This document shows positions 57,458-64,000 of a stretch of DNA of 64,000 bases, piece by piece. This DNA is from the human T2T-CHM13v2.0 reference genome, Homo sapiens. The notes under the pieces are model-generated. The model did not search any database, had not been told where the DNA came from, and saw only the letters and a program-made list of their open reading frames with translations. The number at the start of each line of letters is the position of its first letter. Within the stretch, counting starts at the first letter, position 1. The stretch lies in NCBI RefSeq assembly GCF_009914755.1, contig NC_060939.1; one strand, 5' to 3'. Made by a program: the position numbers and the translations under genes.

Positions 57458-58319
57458 GTATGATTGGGAACTTACTTTGGATGAGGATGCGTCTCTATGG
57501 GAGTCTCTTACCTTAGTGGATGAAAAATGCAGCTCCTGAACATCCTCACCAACCTGGGCCAGCGTGATGGAGAGGAAGCAACCCTGGAGGGGGGCGTTTG
57601 GGCTCCAGCCCACGTCTGCCTCTAGCTTGCTGTGTGCCCTGGAGCTGAAAACTCTCTAAATCTTAGTTTCTTTTCTTTGTTCTTCCTTCCCAAGGCAGGG
57701 ATTTTGAATGTAGATAAAATGTCTAGTCTGAGTAAACATTATTCTCTCTAGCAAATTTTAAAATAATCACATGGAGGAAGAAGTGAGTAAAATAAATGAC
57801 CCCTTGAGGCTTGTTCTTGATTTCCAAGAAACATTTTTCTAAAAGGGCAATGCCATTTCTCTGGAGCACTGGCTCCTCCAAGTAGGGAGCCAGTCAGCTA
57901 TTGAGCACTGAGGCAGCCAGACAGCCAGCGTCTATTGGGACTGGTTGGCCTTCATGGTGTGTGGTCAGTAAATGTTTGCAATATCCCCCTTGCCCACAGG
58001 CAGGGAGTAGAACTCAGCAGTCAAGGTTACTCAGTGCCTTGAAGTCCTAACTCAGTGTGCTTTCAATCACATTCATGGAATGCTGTGCTCCCGGGGAAAA
58101 TCCTATTGGACTGTTAGAGTATGAGGCCAGCCAGTAGGAAGAGAAGAGGCTTTCCTTGTTATTTGGACAGTTTTGCTGCCTCTAGGAGACAGTGGGGTAC
58201 CGGTTCTCTCCATGGGTTCCTAGGCAACTTATTAGAATATCTGAGTAATGAGCTCTTCGTGGGAGAAACAAAGTCACACATTGCTTTCTTTAACAATCCT
58301 TCTCTGGTATGGGTTGTAG

Positions 58320-58408
58320 GTCTGGGATAATGCCCTGTACTGTGTGATGGGGCCCTACAGAATGAATACACTGATTCTGGCCGTGGTTTGGTTTGCCATG
58401 GCATTCAG
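58320..58408 (+). CDS. SV2B: SV2B exon 8 (89 nt)
   Basis: Acceptor gggttgtag; VWDNALYCVMGPYRMNTLILAVVWFAMAF; donor AG|gtaagt. Confidence 0.95.
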
Positions 58409-58512
58409 GTAAGTTCTGTCTTACTTAAATTTCGTAATTCCCTGTGCCTCAGTGGCCTCCTTTACACATTGAGGATTACAGTGAGTTCTGACTTAGAATT
58501 TGTATCAGGTAG

Positions 58513-59105
<593 letters not shown>

Positions 59106-59206
59106 ATTTTCAATGAGTTTGATCTGCATCAAGTCAAGAGTGTAGACCCTGATCATGAAAGAATGAATCCTGTTGTTGTTGCAACCTTCTGCCTTCTCCA
59201 CTCCAG

Positions 59207-59371
59207 TTACTATGGACTGACAGTTTGGTTTCCTGATATGATCCGCTATTTTCAAGATGAAGAATACAAGTCTAAAATGAAGGTGTTTTTTGGTGAGCAT
59301 GTGTACGGCGCCACAATCAACTTCACGATGGAAAATCAGATCCACCAACATGGGAAACTTGTGAATGATAA
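59207..59371 (+). CDS. SV2B: SV2B exon 9 (165 nt, phase 2-2), end of TM7 and start of large luminal domain L4
   Basis: Acceptor ctccactccag; SYYGLTVWFPDMIRYFQDEEYKSKMKVFFGEHVYGATINFTMENQIHQHGKLVND with N-glycosylation sequon N441-F-T; donor AA|gtaagt. Confidence 0.97.
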
Positions 59372-60874
59372 GTAAGTGAGTGATCACGGGCTTCCCTCAC
59401 ATCAGGGTGACAGTCGTGGGGACTGTTATTGGGAGGGAGCCGGAGGGAAGATAAGAATCAAATATGGCCGGGAATGAGCGCCAAGGCTGGTGTCATCATC
59501 ACAACCTGTCATGGCTGCCAGTGACGCCATAGCTCCCCTAGTGGCTGTGTCTGTGTTGTGCTGGCTCCCCGACACCCTAATCTCCTGGTGAGAGCTATTT
59601 CATGTGAGGATGGAGACATTTGACTGAGGACGGTCAGTTGGGCCATTTTTCCAAGTGATGTCCCATTAAGAGTGGCTGCCCAGAGAAAGGGCCTAGGGCT
59701 CTTACTGCTGAGATTCCCGAACTAGTCCAAAGCCTGGGTGTTGAGCTTTTACTTTGACCCTAGAAGCTTTTCCATGCCAGGACAAATAAAGCCCTGTTGT
59801 TATTCTTTCACCTAATATTCCTTTGGAGCGTTGATCAGTATGGTCCACAGTCAGCTAGGAGTGTTTTTTAGAGGAAAAAAAAAAAATCAGTGGAGGATTA
59901 GAAAAGTCCTGTTCACAGCTTTGTGGGGCTGCTTCCTCAATCCATTTTACTCCTCCTCCTCCTGGTTCTGGGACAAATGAGATGGGCCGTCCGCCCTGTT
60001 GTGCTTTAGGAATGCCTCTTTGAAACTGTCCTCTGAAACCCTCAAGATGGATCAGGGCAGGACCTTAATCACGCTTACCCAAGCCCACATTATTCACTAA
60101 ACTGAGCATTTACCCCTCTGCTGTGTCCCTTCCTGAACTGTACTTAGCAAGCTCATCAGGTTGTGAATGGTAAGTAAATGGGTGGCCATGGGCTATACAG
60201 TGGCACCTGAAATACCATGGCCCAGATAGTTCAATGTCAGTCACATTAACTGCCCCATATTTACCACTTCAATACAAAATTAACACCACGAATTCTCACC
60301 TCTGGTGAATGTTCTGTCTCCCTCTGTCTGCACCCACATATGCGTCTGGTGTCTCAGTAAAGTCCCTACCTGTAGTGACTCCTGGCCACTTTAGGAAAGG
60401 AATGGCTGGGTGAAGCCCAGGAAGGATACCTCTTTCAGTTTATTCTATATTGTTCTTACAGGCTAGACTTTAGCTAAGGCTTCCTGTTATTTAAGGTGAG
60501 AAAGTGTGCAATAAAAAGGAGAATATTATTTCTACCAATATCAGACCTTTGGGAAGGAAGGTTTTGGACTAAGTATCATTGACATGGGTTCAGATTTTCA
60601 GAATTTTTAAAATGCTGAAGCCCAGTTGCAGACATCTCCATACTCATATACCCATGCATCTATACATCCCCTACAGAGACAGTTCAGAGTCATTATCCTC
60701 TGCCCAGAGTGACCACTCTAGGGATGGCAGCTTGTGGTGGTGGAAGGCAGTTCCCCCAAGATGTTTCATTGTCTGAGCTCTTTAGTATGTCAGGAGGTCT
60801 TGTGTTGACATTGCCAAGGAAGAAATATCACCCTTGCTTTATTAGGATACTTTGGAAATATTGAAAACTAAGGG

Positions 60875-62160
60875 ACATTATGGATGACTAGATGTCACCC
60901 ATGGGGTGACACCATTCCTTGCAGAGATGAATTCCCTAAAGGAGACCTCATTTCTGAAGTTCCCAATGTTTAGTGATACATTATTTTGATACAAGTAATA
61001 CTAATGGTAGCAGTGACAGTGATAATAATGCCAATGATAGTCACTGTAGCAGGCAATGTTAATGAGCATTGCTGTGTGCCAGGTGCTACCTTAAGTGCCT
61101 TACGTAGATATCTCACAAAACTCCAGGGAACAAGAAATATGCTTTCTCTTTTGCAAGTGGGGAAACAGAAGCTTAGAGAGGTTAAGTATCTTGCTCAAGA
61201 TCACACAGCTAATATACATAGAAATATCTATCTCCCAACCCATGCATTTGGACTCCAGATCTTGTACTCTTGACAACTACAAATATTTTCTCATTGGGAA
61301 ACTCTTCATTCCTACAGAGGCGCTGTTTTACATGATACTTTCTGCATTAAAGTCAATACAACGCAGAGTCCTTGTGATTTGTAACAAGCAGGTTTTGCAG
61401 TTCTGACACTTAGCTAGGCAGAAAGTGGAGACTTTTGATCCACTCTGTCATTTTAACTTTGCTCAGCTTCTCCGGGCTTTCAGCAAACTGCTGGGTGGGA
61501 GTGAGGAGGAAACAGGGGCTGAAGAAAGCAGTGTTGAATCCTGTGGATGATGGGGGGATGGTGAATCCTGTGGATGATGGGAGGACGGTGAGTCCTGTGG
61601 ATGATGGGAGGACGGTGAGTCCTGTGGATGATGGGAGGACGGTGAGTCCTGTGGATGATGGGAGGACGGTGAGTCCTGTGGATGATGGGCGGATGGTGAG
61701 TCCTGTGGATGATGGGAGGACGGAGAGTCCTGTGGATGATCGGAGGACGGTGAGTCCTGTGGATGATGGGCGGACGGTAAGTCCTGTGGATGATGTTGTG
61801 GATGGTGAATCCTGTGGATGATGGGTGGATGGTGAATCCTGTGGATGATGGGTGGACGGTGAATCCTGTGGATGATGGGTGGATGGTGAATCCTGTGGAT
61901 GATGGGTGGACGGTGAATCCTGTGGATGATGGTTAATGAATTTTGTGGATTCAGGACCCCCTGAGGAACATTATGGATGACTAGATGCCTCTCCCTGCCC
62001 CACGGGGTGACACCATTCCCTGCAGAGATGAATTCTTTTAAGGAGACCTCATTTCTGAAGTTCCCAGTGTTTAGCAGATATATCATTGTGATATGAGTAA
62101 TAATATTGATAGTAGTGACAATGCAATTGCTAATAATGGTAACTGTAGCAGCCAGTGTTA
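60875..62160 (+). repeat. Diverged direct duplication of about 190 bp (60875-61061 and 61968-62160)
   Basis: Shared acattatggatgactagatg...ggggtgacaccattcc.tgcagagatgaattc...aaggagacctcatttctgaagttccca. Confidence 0.88.
61534..61950 (+). repeat. 27-bp VNTR, about 15 copies
   Basis: Unit gtgartcctgtggatgatgggnggayg; one 28-bp unit at 61777. Confidence 0.96.
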
Positions 62161-63593
62161 TTGCCAAGGTCTGGGAATGTATAGGTGTGCCAAGGATTGT
62201 CTTGGAGTGGATTGTCTTCACACATTTTCTACCATGTTTCTATGCTTCAAATGTACATAGATGCTTTTGTATGATTATGAAAATATAAATTTCTTCAAAA
62301 GTTGTAATGAGTTCATTGTAACTTTCATCATATGGTACATGTTTTTTAACCAACAGACACTAAACCTATACCCACTATTATTTGAAGCCCATAATTCCCC
62401 CACTCCCTCCCCAGCAACTTGCTTGAATAAAAAGGGTATTTTTCTCCTTGACTGGTTAGGAACCTTTGAAAGCGATCTAAGGAATGAAAGGAGCCTGGCT
62501 TCTTTTCTTGAGTTATGCTGCCATCTGCTGGTCGTGAGCTGGAAAACAGCTCATCTTTGAAAACCCCAACCCTCTTCTGAGCGCCTCCATGAATACACGC
62601 GTGTTCTTTGGCTTCCTTGGGGGCATTTCTTCTATCCTTACCAGTATTCCTCCTTTGACTTTATTCATACTTGGCTGATTTAAGGTTTCGATGGAAATTA
62701 TTTTATTGAGTATCACGCATGGTGGAAAATTATTTTTTGTAAACAGAGCTTCACCCACGGAAGTTGTTGACAAAGGAAATTCTATTGAAACCTCAGTTTC
62801 ATCCTGCAGTAAAACCAATCTCTTTGCCCCCAAGAAGAAACAAAAGTGCCAAGGTTAGTTTTGGTCTGCTCCCAAAGCATCATCTGCATCCTTCTAGTGC
62901 CTTTTTGGGGATCTGGGGGCTCTGAGTACCCATGAAGCTTTTGCTTCAAAACCTGTGAGTTTTTGGAAAGTGCAAGAAAGGCAAAAGAATAAGTTCATGT
63001 TTTAAACCCTGAGCCAAAATGTCAGGCCAGGCTTCCTTTATTGTTAGCTAAAAACAGGATAGAGTTTCTACCCAGAATATGTATTAACTAAGTAATTAAT
63101 TAACAAACTTACCTTCTCTTCCTGGGAAGACATTTCTGCTTGGTAGGGCTTTCTTCTGTGAGGGTTAGGAGCAGGAGAGCATTATCTTATTTAAACCTTT
63201 CTGCACATCAGGGAGAGATGCCTGATTTCTGTCTGTGATAGGTCGTGACCCAGGAAGTAATGTCTTACTCCTGGCGGTTCCTCAAAGCTGATGCTGTGTT
63301 CTTACTCAGGTAGGAACGTGTAACTGCTCACTCAGATGATTTGCCAATGAAGGATGGGAGAAAAGCTCTCTTGAGTTTTTAGTAAAGGTCAGAGGTGAAT
63401 AGCTCAGTATGAAAATGAAGTTCACAAGATTTAGCTCTAAAATGAGGCCGGTAGGATAGCAGGGGGCAGGAAGAGCAGAGAGAGGAAGAAAGCACACACA
63501 CACACAGTAGAACAGAGGTTGCTGTCACGCATCACACTGAAATGTTACACGCCAAGGCTGCTTTGGGGAGGGGGGATAAATGAGCATATTCGT

Positions 63594-63896
63594 CTTTTTT
63601 TTTTTTTTTTTTTTTTTGATGGAGTCTCACTCTGTCTCCCAGTCTGGAGTGCATTGGCATGATCTCAGCTCACTACAATCTCCGCCTCCCAGGTTCAAGC
63701 GATTCTCCTGTGTCAGCCTCCTGAGTAGCTAGGATTACAGGCGCGTGCCACCATGCCCGGCTAGTATTTGTACTTTTAGTAGAGATGGGGTTTTGCCATG
63801 TTTGCCAGGCTGGTCTCGAACTCCTGACCTCAAGTGATCCGCCCCCCTCGGCCTCCCAAAATGTTGGGATTACAGTCATGAGCCACCACGCCTGGC
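63594..63896 (-). mobile_element. AluS
   Basis: Poly-T then antisense Alu consensus; imperfect TSD aaat(g/a)ag(c/a)atattc. Confidence 0.92.
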
Positions 63897-64000
63897 TCTA
63901 AATAAGAATATTCTTCAACTGCAGTGGGACTAAATTTCAGTAGAGTAAAGCTCCTCGAAGATGCCAGTGGTGGGCCAGGTCAATGCAGCTTCTGGTTTCT

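Noticed and set aside
59531-59546. CTCF-like CCACTAGGGGAGCT on the minus strand
   Set aside because: One base short in the core spacing; weaker than the 38526 site.
61534-61950. VNTR as a CRISPR array or C/D snoRNA cluster
   Set aside because: Units are directly adjacent with no unique spacers, there are no cas genes, and no box D (CTGA) or terminal stems.
61463-62221. 252-aa minus-strand ORF with HHPQDSPSS and IIHRIHHPP repeats
   Set aside because: Produced by the stop-free 27-bp VNTR; no splice, promoter or homology support as a gene.

Overview
Human (or very close great-ape) genomic DNA lying entirely within the + strand SV2B gene (synaptic vesicle glycoprotein 2B, an MFS-fold vesicle protein; 15q26.1 from recall). 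The window holds the end of the long first intron, the 842-nt first coding exon (391-nt 5'UTR, ATG at 17028) and seven more coding exons. All have GT-AG boundaries and phase-consistent junctions, giving 1373 coding nt (aa 1-458). The gene continues past the right edge. Exon numbers assume the first coding exon is exon 2. The introns are dense in Alu, L1, L2, MIR, MER, MaLR and ERVL relics, and almost all non-SV2B ORFs in the track are repeat artefacts. I see no foreign or prokaryote-type system. The best leads are RNA-processing hypotheses: (1) an ATG-containing exon-2 circle that would encode a 199-aa SV2B N-terminal protein; (2) a stop-free 333-nt exon 3-4 circle; (3) a 27-bp VNTR forming an array of consensus 5' splice sites behind an in-phase cryptic acceptor; (4) clustered uORFs; (5) an LTR41-borne CTCF motif. 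Several local duplications and nested insertions are also described. Repeat subfamily calls come from recalled consensus sequences and their edges are approximate.
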